Source: Octopus sinensis
Taxonomy: Eukaryota
DNA: 64,000 nt
Direction: 5' to 3'
Assembly: GCF_006345805.1 (NCBI RefSeq)
Contig: NC_043010.1
Span: forward strand, 65,472,001-65,536,000
Part shown: piece by piece, positions 25,734 through 37,787 of the stretch
Position numbering within the stretch: the first letter of the stretch is position 1
Layout: each line of letters starts with the position of its first letter
Notes under the pieces: model-generated
Database searches by the model: none
Told to the model about the DNA's origin: nothing
The model's input: only the letters and a program-made list of their open reading frames with translations
Position numbers and translations under genes: made by a program

Positions 25734-25776
25734 TGAACTAGTACTTTCATGCATTAAATTGCAATCTTCGGGTTCA
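25734..25776 (-). ncRNA. Minimal hammerhead-like motif (CCGAAGA core)
   Basis: Minus strand tgaac-CCGAAGA-ttgca(atttaa)tgcat-GAAA-gtac-TA-gttca. Confidence 0.6.
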
Positions 25777-25841
25777 TGTAGTAGTGGTGACAGTAATGCT
25801 TCACAATTTTTGACTGTGTATATATATATAATACATACATA

Positions 25842-25877
<36 letters not shown>

Positions 25878-26123
25878 TATTATATAAAAATATCAGTAAT
25901 GCAATACAAAGTATCGCCTCCAGTAAAGAATAGCCCGTGAGGGAAAAATTCACAAATTAGTAAATAAATGGCAAACTAAGTACCGATATTACTGGAAATA
26001 GCGAACGTAAAAAATACGACGCTAATGTGTAGCTTCACCGCGTATGTATTAGCCAAAAAGCGTGTGTGCAACAAACTAGAGAAAAAACGTCTTACCTCCA
26101 GGGAGAACATCTGAAAGATGTAT

Positions 26124-26420
26124 GGAGGCGCAATGGCCCAGTGGTTAGGGCAGCGGACTCGCGGTCGTAGGATCGCGGTTTCGATTCCCAGACGGGGCGT
26201 TGTGTGTGTTTATTGAGCGAAAACACCTAAAAGCTCCACGAGGCTCAAGCAGGGGGTGGTGATCTCTGCTGTACTCCTTCACCACCCTTTCTCTCACTCT
26301 TTCTTCTGTTGGTCTGCTCGCTTAGCCAGCGGGGTGGCCTCATTCGAAGGCTAAAACATTGCGAACGCATTGTGACCAGCGATGTGTAGCAACATCTGAT
26401 GGTCTGGTCGGTCACGTGAT
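26124..26420 (+). mobile_element. tRNA-like SINE, head B with body 1
   Basis: Matches 4082-4333 and 60368-60668. Confidence 0.9.
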
Positions 26421-26449
26421 CACAGGATATATATATATATATGTATAAT

Positions 26450-28514
26450 ATGTCTATCACCACAGGTGATGACAGATATCGAAGAGGCCGAAGTAAATAT
26501 TTTTTTATATTTAGATATATTTACTTTGTATTTTCTGTTAGGTTGTGAGTTCGAATCCCGTACTGGCTGCGTGTTGTACTCTTGAGCAAGACACTTTATT
26601 TCACGTTGCTCCAGTTCAATCAGCTGTAGAAATGAGTTGCGACGTCACAGATGCCAAGCTGTATCGGCTTTTGCTTTTCCCTTGGATAACACTAGTGGCG
26701 TAGAGAGGGGAGGCTAGTATGCATGGGTGACTGCTGGTCTTTCATAAAAACTTTGCCCGGACTTGTGCCTTGGAGGGTAACTTTCTAGGTGCAATCCCAT
26801 GGTCATTCATGACCGAAGGGAGTCTCCGGGATTCTCTGAATCAAAATCCTACAGGGGTCGACTTTGCTGTCATTTTTCCGGAGTTGATAAAAATTCATAA
26901 ATCCTAAGATCTACTGAATTTGGTTCACTTCACTATTACCTTCTTATAAAATTTCTTCCCATGTTACAACCCAGTCATGATGATTTGTCTGGCATTTTGA
27001 TCACACTGAATATCAATAATACTTCATACACTACTTTAAGATTGCTTCCGGTTGACTGCCTAAATCAAAGTCCTCAAAATCTACTCTTGTTGAGACAAAC
27101 ATGTGTCTACTTTACTTCTTTGATTTATAGCAACATTATACCTTCGATAGCTGGACTTCATCTAGGCGTCCCGTTCGGGCGCCACTTATATCGCTTTGAA
27201 TACCAATAACATGGTAACATGTATACAAATTCTCCCAATATTTGAAACTTGGACATGGACGACAGTAATATCAGCCGAGCACCTTCATTTATTACTTATT
27301 GTTTAGCCCAAGTTGTCCCAGTACTAGCCCGGCTGAATTTGGAAGTAAACCCATATAAATCTCAACTAGTCTTCATAGTCAATACAACAGATAAAGGATG
27401 AAACGAAACGAGTCTTTGGTGAGTCGCTGCTCCATATCTGCATAACGCTAAACGAGGGCCTTAAACTATCATCTCTATATAAAAGAGACAGAAATGACAC
27501 ATATAACTGACCAACAGAAATACCTGGATGCACATCCGGTCTCTGTCACGTTTAATAATTGCACCAGGATGTCCATATTGGTGTCTTTCTTCAGCAGCAT
27601 ACCACTAAGTCAGTCACTTAACTTCCATATGGAGGACTAGTGGCTATATCTAATTTTAGTTTCAACCACAGCCACACTACGAATAAAAACGAGAGGCCAG
27701 AAAATCCAGAGATCGTCTGGCTTTTTGTAGTGCCAGCAAATATTTCATTATTGCATTACTTGAGAGGGTAATTTGAAATGTGCTCTTTAGTTTCACTCTT
27801 TATCCGACTGCACCCCGACAACCGAAGCATTAAACGATTACCAAACCAATTTGCTTCCACAACCGTAAAAGAGAGACGGCTTCACCTATCACTTCAATTC
27901 TCATGCCACTTATGGTGTTGATAAAAACCGTCGTTGCTCCAGTTCACTCAGCTGTAGAAATGAGTTGCGACGTCACAGATGCCGTCGTTCATGACTGGGT
28001 TGTAACATGGGAAGAAATTTTATAAGAAGGTAACAGTGAAGTGAACCAAACAGAGTAGATTTTAGGATTTAGGAATTTTTATCAACTCCGGAAAAATGAC
28101 AGCAAAGTCGACCCCTGTAGGATTTTGATTCAGAGAATCCCGGAGACTCCCTTCGGTCATGAATGACCATGGGACTGCAACTAGAAAGTTACCCTCCAAG
28201 GCACAAGTCCGGGCAAAGTTTTTATGAAAGACCAGCAGTCACCCATGCATACCAGCTTCCCCTTTCCAGACCACTGATGTTATCCAAGGGAAAAGCAAAG
28301 GCCGATACAGCTTGGCATCTGTGACGTCGCAACTCATTTCTACAGCTGAGTGAATTGGAGCAACGTGAAATAAAGTGTCTTGCTCAAGAGTACAACACGC
28401 AGCCAGTACGGGATTCGAACTCACAACCTAACAGAAAATACAAAGTAAATATATCTAAATATAAACAAATATTTACTTCGGCCTCTTCGATATCTGTCAT
28501 CACCTGTGGTGATA

Positions 28515-28520
<6 letters not shown>
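26450..28520. repeat. Inverted duplication, ~530-bp arms containing a family C SINE
   Basis: 26450-26980 is the reverse complement of 27989-28520; (TA)n on both outer flanks. Confidence 0.9.
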
Positions 28521-28579
<59 letters not shown>

Positions 28580-28739
28580 ATAGAGGGCATTAATACACAT
28601 AAATGCCTCACACTAAGAGGGACAACGTCATTAGAAAAAATTATTTCGAATTCTTTTCTTTTATGAGGTTTTCACGCTAACTACCTGATAATTTCTTGTT
28701 AAGATCCCTTATTAAGAGGTTATCCTTAATTGTTAAATA

Positions 28740-28762
28740 TATATAATAATTATATATATATA

Positions 28763-28806
<44 letters not shown>

Positions 28807-28836
28807 ATAATATATATACATATATATTATCTACAT

Positions 28837-28871
<35 letters not shown>

Positions 28872-29073
28872 CATCTGTATATATATATATATGTATATAT
28901 ATAGTATATGTATAATATATATGTATATATATGTATATGTATATATATATGTATATTATATATATGTATATATTGTGTATATATATATGTATATATATAT
29001 ATATGTACATATATATATATATATGATATATGTATATATGTGTATATATATATATATAATATTATTATATGTA

Positions 29074-29116
<43 letters not shown>

Positions 29117-29204
29117 ATATTATATATATATGTATATATGTATATATGTATTATATATATATGTATATATATATATTTTATATATATAATGTATATATAT
29201 ATAT

Positions 29205-29239
<35 letters not shown>

Positions 29240-29323
29240 GTATATATATATATGTATATATATAGTATATATATATGTATATATATATATATATATATAT
29301 AATATATTATATATATATATGTA

Positions 29324-29366
<43 letters not shown>

Positions 29367-29409
29367 ATATATGTATATCTATATATGTGTATATATGTAT
29401 ATATATATA

Positions 29410-29454
<45 letters not shown>

Positions 29455-29525
29455 TATATATATATATATATATATGTATATGTCTGTTTGTCTATCTGCC
29501 TGCCTATCTATCATCTATCTATCTA
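28740..29525. repeat. Long degenerate (TA)n/(TATG)n array
   Basis: Direct reading. Confidence 0.95.
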
Positions 29526-30303
29526 ATATATTCTTGTATGCTGTCTTTCTGGAAGAATGGACGACCCATTTTGGTGTAGAAACTATGTTGGTGTCGAAAA
29601 AGAAACCATAAACATACGATTATACGGTATATGAGATCCTTGTACACTGTGCATTCTTGCAGATGCAGAAAATTAACGATATGCTGCACAGCGGGCTGTT
29701 GTATGTGGACCACGGGGAAATGCTTTGGTCATTTGCCTCCAGTGTCCCGGGTTTATAGTAAGCTGCACAACGTTGGGTGGGTTTTGTGTGGGCTCGAATG
29801 AACATGTGCCGAATGTTAAGGTACAGATAAAGTAAAGAGATCGGTCTGAAATAATATTATGCCCTATTATCATTTCAGTACTGATAGATATCCCCAACTT
29901 GGGTAAATAAACAATGAGACGACCCCAAGCGTCTAAGATCATATGGAGGATCTTGGAGCCCACTTAAGTGGACTGCAGCACCAGCAAAAGACTGGACGAT
30001 ATAATCTTTTTCTGTATACCTCGGATTTTGCATGTTTTAGGGGCTTTGCATCGCGGCTATATCCGTTAACAATCTCATCTCAGAAACTGCAATCTACGAT
30101 CGAGTGCCCCTATAAAGGATGCGGAAAGCAAGTCACGCAAATACGTCACATTACAACATGCGTTTTTTATCCTAAAAGTGGTAGCAGTAACTGGTGATAT
30201 CAGTAAAATGAACGACGGTTTTTATCAACACCATAAGTGGCATGAGAATTGAAGTGATAGGTGAAGCCGTCTCTCTTTTACGGTTGCGGAAGCAAATTGG
30301 TTT

Positions 30304-31472
30304 GGTAATCGTTTAATGCTTCGGTTGTCAGGGTGCAGTCAGATAAAGAGTGAGACTAAAGAGCACATTTCAAATTTGTGACTGTGTATACGAAGTAATT
30401 CGACTCCTACCCCACCGCATTGGTTGATATTTTGTGAAGGCACGTGGTATGTGAAGGCGCGTGATATCTGAATGTCCGTAGCATGTGAAGGCACGTGGCA
30501 TGTGAAAGCGCGTGGTATGTGAAGACACGTGATATCTGAAGGCCAGTAGCATGTGAAGACACGTGGCATGTGAAGGCGCGTGGTATGGGAAGACACGTGA
30601 TATCTGAAGGCCCGTAACATGTGAAGATGCGTGGCATGTGAAGGCGCGTGATATGTGAAGGCACGTGGCATGTGAAGACGCGTGACATGGGAAGGCGCGT
30701 GGTATGTGAAGGCACGTGGCATGTGAAGTCATGTGACATGTGAAGGTCCGTAGCACGTGAAGACGCGTGGCATGTGAAGGCACGTGGCTTAGTGGTTAGA
30801 GTATTCGGCTGACGGTCGTAAGGTTCGATTTCCGGCGTTGCGTTGTGCCCTTGTGCATGACACTTTATTTCACATTGCTTCAGTCCTCCAAGCTGGCAAA
30901 AACAAGTTGTACCCGTAATACAGAGGGCCGGCCTTGTCACATTCTGTATCACGCTGGTTCTCCCCGAGAACTACGTTAAGGGTCCATGTGTCTGTGGGGT
31001 GCTCAGCCACTTGCACGTTAATTTCATGAGCAGGCTGTTCCGTTGATCGGATCAACTGGAACCCTCGTCGTCGTAACCGACGGAGCACCAGTACATGTTG
31101 CTAAAAAGCATAAAGGTGGTTAATTCCAATGTATAAAATTTAAAGTTATTTCCCTTATCCTTTCCTTCGTTATCAATGACATATCACACGTCTGGTCCTA
31201 TGAAGCCTTTCAATGGCAAGTTTCCGTTTTGTTACATATTGGATGGTTAGCACAATAAATGCTATGCGATAGTTTAGACTACTTATGGATTACTGGGGAC
31301 AATATACTGGAAATCTATTGTTGTCTGTCTTCTTAAAAACAATACAACTATTGTGAGGGGCTGTGTGAGAGCTTTAGGTACAACGTTCTCTTTAAATTAC
31401 GTCATGTTCAGGCAAAGACGTTGATAGACTTGTGTGTATTTGTCTCGGTCAAAATGCATGTATTTAGCACAA

Positions 31473-31508
<36 letters not shown>

Positions 31509-31806
31509 TTCTCTCTCTCTCGCTCCCTACTCCTTTCTAGATATATGTGTACATATGCACTCATATATATATATAGATAGATAGATATACATACGTATAC
31601 ACACATACATGTCTGTGCATGTATGCATGTATGCATGTATTTATGTATACACACACATATATATATATACTTTTACACACGTACATATATATATATATAC
31701 ATATACGTACATGTGTATATACACACACTCACTCACATATACACACCTACACACACATACACACATACACCACACACACATTAATATATATATTATATAT
31801 ATATGC

Positions 31807-31854
<48 letters not shown>

Positions 31855-33124
31855 ATAGTAATGCAATACGAGAGTATTGCTTTCCAGTAAAGGATAGCCC
31901 GTGAGGGTAAAATTATACATAAAAGTAAATAAATGGTACAACGAAGCACCGATATTTACTGGAAAATAGCGAACGTAATAAATACGACGCTAATGTATAG
32001 CTTCACTGCGTATGTACTAGTAAAGATGCGTGTGTGCAACAAACTGGTAATCGTTTAATGCTTCGGTTGTCAGGGTGCAGTCAGATAAAGAGTGAGACTA
32101 AAGAGCACATTTCAAATTTGTGACTGTGTATACGAAGTAATTCGACTCCTACCCCACCGCATTGGTTGGTATTTTGTGAAGGCACGAGGTATGTGAAGGC
32201 ACGAGGTATGTGAAGGCGCGTGATATCTGAATGTCCGTAGCATGTGAAGACACGTGGCATGTGAAAGCGCGTGGTATGTGAAAGCACGTGATATCTGAAG
32301 GCCTATAGCATGTGAAGACGCGTGATATGTGAAGGCCCGTAGCATGTAAAGACGCGTGACATGTGAAGGCCCGTAGCATGTGAAAACGCGTGGCATGTGA
32401 AGGCACGTGGCATGTGAAGGCGCGTGGTATGTGAAGGCACGTGGCTTAGTGGTTAGGGTATTCGGCTGACGGTCGTAAGGTTCGATTTCCGGCGTTGCGT
32501 TGTGCCCTTGTGCATGACACTTTATTTCACATTGCTTCAGTCCTCCAAGCTGGCAAAAACAAGTTGTACCCGTAATACAGAGGGCCTGCCTTGTCACATT
32601 CTGTATCACGCTGGTTTTCCCCAAGAACTACGTTAAGGGTCCATGTGTCTGTGGGGTGCTCAGCCACTTGCACGTTAATTTCATGAGCAGGCTGTTCCGT
32701 TGATCGAATCAACTGGAACCCTCGTCGTCGTAACCGACGGAGCACCAGTACATGTTGCTAAAAAGCATAAAGGTGGTTAATTCCAATGTATAAAATTTAA
32801 AGTTATTTCCCTTATCCTTTCCTTCGTTATCAATGACATATCACACGTCTGGTCCTATGAAGCCTTTCAATGGCAAGTTTCCGTTTTGTTACATATTGGA
32901 TGGTTAGCACAATAAATGCTATGCGATAGTTTAGACTATTATGGATTACTGGGGACAATATACTGGAAATCTATTGTTGTCTGTCTTCTTAAAAACAATA
33001 CAACTATTGTGAGGGGCTGTGTGAGAGCTTTAGGTACAACGTTCTCTTTAAATTACGTCATGTTCAGGCAAAGACGTTGATAGACTTGTGTGTATTTGTC
33101 TCGGTCAAAATCCATGTATTTAGC

Positions 33125-33165
<41 letters not shown>

Positions 33166-33460
33166 TTCTCTCTCTCTCGCTCCCTACTCCTTTCTAGATA
33201 TATGTGTACATATGCACTCATATATATATATAGATAGATAGATATACATACGTATACACACATACATGTCTGTGCATGTATGCATGTATTTATGTATACA
33301 CACACATATATATATATACTTTTACACACGTACATATATATATATATACATATACGTACATGTGTATATACACACACTCACTCACATATACACACCTACA
33401 CACACATACACACACACACACACACCACACACACATTATATATATATATTATATATATGC

Positions 33461-33526
<66 letters not shown>

Positions 33527-34339
33527 ATAGTAATGCAATACGAGAGTATTGCTTTCCAGTAAAGGATAGCCCTTGAGGGTAAAATTATACAAAAGTAAAT
33601 AAATGGTACAACGAAGCACACCGATATTTACTGGAAAATAGCGAACGTAATAAATACGACGCTAATGTATAGCTTCACTGCGTATGTACTAGTAAAGATG
33701 CGTGTGTGCAACAAACTGGTAATCGTTTAATGCTTCGGTTGTCAGGGTGCAGTCAGATAAAGAGTGAGACTAAAGAGCACATTTCAAATTTGTGACTGTG
33801 TATACGAAGTAATTCGACTCCTACCCCACCGCATTGGTTGGTATTTTGTGAAGGCACGAGGTATGTGAAGGCGCGTGATATCTGAATGTCCGTAGCATGT
33901 GAAGACACGTGGCATGTGAAAGCGCGTGGTATGTGAAAGCACGTGATATCTGAAGGCCTATAGCATGTGAAGACGCGTGATATGTGAAGGCCCGTAGCAT
34001 GTAAAGACGCGTGACATGTGAAGGCCCGTAGCATGTGAAGACGCGTGGCATGTGAAGGCACGTGGCATGTGAAGGCGCGTGGTATGTGAAGGCACGTGGC
34101 TTAGTGGTTAGGGTATTCGGCTGACGGTCGTAAGGTTCGATTCCCGGCGGTGCGTTGTGTCCTTGTGCATGACACTTTATTTCACATTGCTTCAGTCCTC
34201 CAAGCTGGCAAAAACAAGTTGTACCCGTAATACAGAGGGCCGGCCTTGTCACATTCTGTATCACGCTGGTTCTCCCCGAGAACTACGTTAAGGGTCCATG
34301 TGTCTGTGGGGTGCTCAGCCACTTGCACGTTAATTTCAC
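30304..34339 (+). repeat. Tandem triplication of a ~1.7-kb unit (two full copies and one partial)
   Basis: ggtaatcgtttaatgc starts at 30304, 32046 and 33718; each unit has a 17-bp minisatellite and a SINE, and the two full units also carry unique sequence and microsatellites. Confidence 0.95.
30432..30788 (+). repeat. 17-bp minisatellite (catgtgaaggcgcgtgg) with a 68-bp higher-order period
   Basis: tatctgaa variant at 30465, 30533 and 30601; further copies at 32174-32445 and 33846-34100. Confidence 0.9.
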
Positions 34340-34750
34340 AAGCCACGGGCTATCCTTTACTGGAAAGCAATACTCTCGTATTGCATTACTATTTTCATTG
34401 AAACTTCTTCACTGTCCTCGTTCTGTTAACGTTTTGGCGTTCAGATGAGTGTACTGGTATAGATGTGGCTACATTTGAAATATTGTCGAGGTTTATGCAG
34501 CTGATGAAGATAAATCAAATATACGTTTGGCAAGCGTATTTTGAAAAATCCAAAACCGGTACTGCATTATCCGTTATCTAGGTTTTTCATTTTTCAGATG
34601 TTCTTCCTAGAGGTAAGACAATTTTCTTCATGTTTGTTGCACACACGCATCTTTACTAGTACATACGCAGTGAAGCTATACATTAGCGTCGTATTTAAAA
34701 CGTTCGCTATTTTCAAGTAAATATCGGTGCTTCGTTGTACCATTTATTTA

Positions 34751-34821
<71 letters not shown>

Positions 34822-34827
34822 ATATAT

Positions 34828-34894
<67 letters not shown>

Positions 34895-35587
34895 TATTAT
34901 ATTATATATATATACATATGTATATATATGCGCATATACACGCATACCTACATAAATATAAATACAGAGAGAGATAATGTATGCGGTGGATTATGAAAAT
35001 GTGTCGAGAAAATGACTCAATGACAACTGCAAACCTCAACTGCCATTTAACTGCAAAACAAAGATGGCCGTTTAAACTCCTTTGAAAGAAAACCATGATA
35101 ATTTTAAAAGTCATCGGACTGCCCTTTAAAGTGCTACATACAATATTTGCGCTTTGCTGGTATCTTAGAGACTGGAACTTCGAAACGTTAATGCTCAAAA
35201 CCTCTTCACATTAGCCGAGACGTCTGCAATGGAAAAGCTGGGTGAGAAAAGGCAGTAAGGGAAGTAGTCCTCGTACCACGGTCAAATGACGCTACAGCTT
35301 AACAAGCTCACGACCTGGTTCACGACATAGGTTAGATTAAATTAAATTGATTTTTATTATTATTTTTTCTGAATCGGTATACTGTTTGTTGGTATTATGT
35401 AGTCACTATGTATAATGATTGCGTGTTGATGTATGTGAGTCATTTTTTTTTTTACTGTTTGTGTCTAAGGCCAGCAGAGTAGAGCAACGAGAAATAAAGT
35501 ATCTTGCTTGAGAAGGCACCACAACATGCCACAGCGCACCACCGAGAATCGAATACACGGCCTTACGATCGTGTACCGAATATCGTA

Positions 35588-36186
35588 ACCTATTTCTTTA
35601 CTACCCACAAGGGGCTAAACACAGAGAGGACAAACAAGGACAGACAAACGGATTAAGTCGATTATATCGACCCCAGTGCGTAAATGGTACTTATTTAATC
35701 GACCCCGAAAGGATGAAAGGCAAAGTCGACCTCGGCGGAATTTGAACTCAGAACGTAACGGCAGACGAAATACCTATTTCTTTATTACCCACTAGGGGCT
35801 AAACACAGAGAGGACAAACAAGGACAGACAAACGGATTAAGTCGATTATATCGACCCCAGTGCGTAAATGGTACTTATTTAATCGACCCCGAAAGGATGA
35901 AAGGCAAAGTCGACCTCGGCGGAATTTGAACTCAGAACGTAACGGCAGACGAAATACCTATTTCTTTATTACCCACTAGGGGCTAAACACAGAGAGGACA
36001 AACAAGGACAGACAAACGGATTAAGTCGATTACATCAACCCCAGTGCGTAAATGGTACTTATTTAATCGACCCCGAAAGGATGAAAGGCAAAGTCGACCT
36101 CGGCGGAATTTGAACTCACAACGTAGCGGCAGACGAAATACGGCTACACATTTCGCCCGACGTGCTAACGTTTCTACCAGCTCGCC
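35588..36186 (-). mobile_element. SINE family D trimer (head + 3 x 184 bp) nested in an older family C SINE
   Basis: acctatttc at 35588, 35772 and 35956; TSD gaatatcgtaacc at 35578-35590 and 36187-36199. Confidence 0.92.
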
Positions 36187-36418
36187 GAATATCGTAACCG
36201 CTAAGCCATGCGTTCTTTCACCTGTATGCTAGGAGCTGCGGTTGTATCGCGGCTGAAGCCTTTCTACCATCGCTGTTAATGTATTTAACTACTTGGTCCA
36301 ATTACTGATTTTTTCTTATCCAACGAAACTAATACAGTTCTATATTTAAGAGAGGAGGAATTATGTACATTATTTACATTATTTACATCTGAAGAATATG
36401 GGTCCTCATCTTGTTGTT

Positions 36419-36464
36419 AACACAACGTTTCGGCTGATATACTCTCCAGCCTTCTTCAGGTGTC
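36419..36464 (-). ncRNA. Minimal type-I hammerhead ribozyme in a Penelope-like pLTR fragment (36335-36515)
   Basis: Minus strand gacac-CTGAAGA-a-ggctg(gagagtatat)cagcc-GAAA-cg-TT-gtgtt. Confidence 0.75.
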
Positions 36465-36688
36465 CTGGAGAAATTTCGAAACTGGGTTCTCATTCCTAAG
36501 GTATTTTCCGATGTTTTTGTTGTTGCTGTTGTTGTTGTTGTTATTATTCAGATCACTGCCTGGAATCGAACTCGGAATCTTGAAGTTAGTAGCCCGCACT
36601 CTCAACCACTACACCATATGCTCGTGGGCATATGGTTAAGAACGTGGACTACTAACCCCAAGATTCCGAGTTCTATTCCAGGCAGTGA

Positions 36689-36753
<65 letters not shown>

Positions 36754-36945
36754 TAATAATAATGATTTGGTACAAATGTAAAGATAGAACACCTACAAAA
36801 ATCATTCATCACGAGAGTTTTCTGCAGGGTTCTTGAGGCATAATCAATAAACAGGTGTCACCTTAGTCGGCGGGCTGTGAACAGCTGACACTTTCCATCA
36901 TACCCAGCAAAATAAGCTGAGAGCTTTCATAATAATAACAATAAC

Positions 36946-37433
<488 letters not shown>

Positions 37434-37787
37434 CACAAGACAGTAAAAGACATCATAGATTTATAGAATCGTGTAAAGTTATCGAAACAACACCAAATGA
37501 AAATGTGTTTGGCTGTGTGTAATCTGTGGACACAGCAGTATGCATGCTTCCTGATTGTGTCGGGTGAAAGGTTGGCTGTGTAAGCCAATATATAAGAAAG
37601 TATTAATGTGTCTATGTCAGCGAGTAGCCATACAGTATAGGTTTGCGGTGGGGGAAATGGTGGTATATGTACGAGGGATAGGATTTAATGAGCGGATGTT
37701 GGGCGAAGGCTAGTTAAAATTGAATGTTTCAGAGAGCGAAGATGAGATTTGAAAGATAAAGCTGGAAGGAGAGAACAAAGGCAATAT

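Noticed and set aside
26465-26550. cgaaga-gg...aagtaaatat/atatttactt hairpin as a hammerhead
   Set aside because: The core is incomplete and there is no GAAA after the stem
30432-30788. Regularly spaced repeats resembling a CRISPR array (also the 184-bp SINE arrays)
   Set aside because: Contiguous tandem units without unique spacers, eukaryotic context and no cas genes
30339-34264. ORFs with repeated HAPSHATRLHMPRAFT peptides
   Set aside because: Translations of the 17-bp minisatellite and adjacent SINE; no splice or start context
34495-34540. CTGATGA-a-gat(aa)atc motif in the permuted 430-bp repeat as a hammerhead
   Set aside because: GAAA is missing its G and no convincing stem I or III pairing was found
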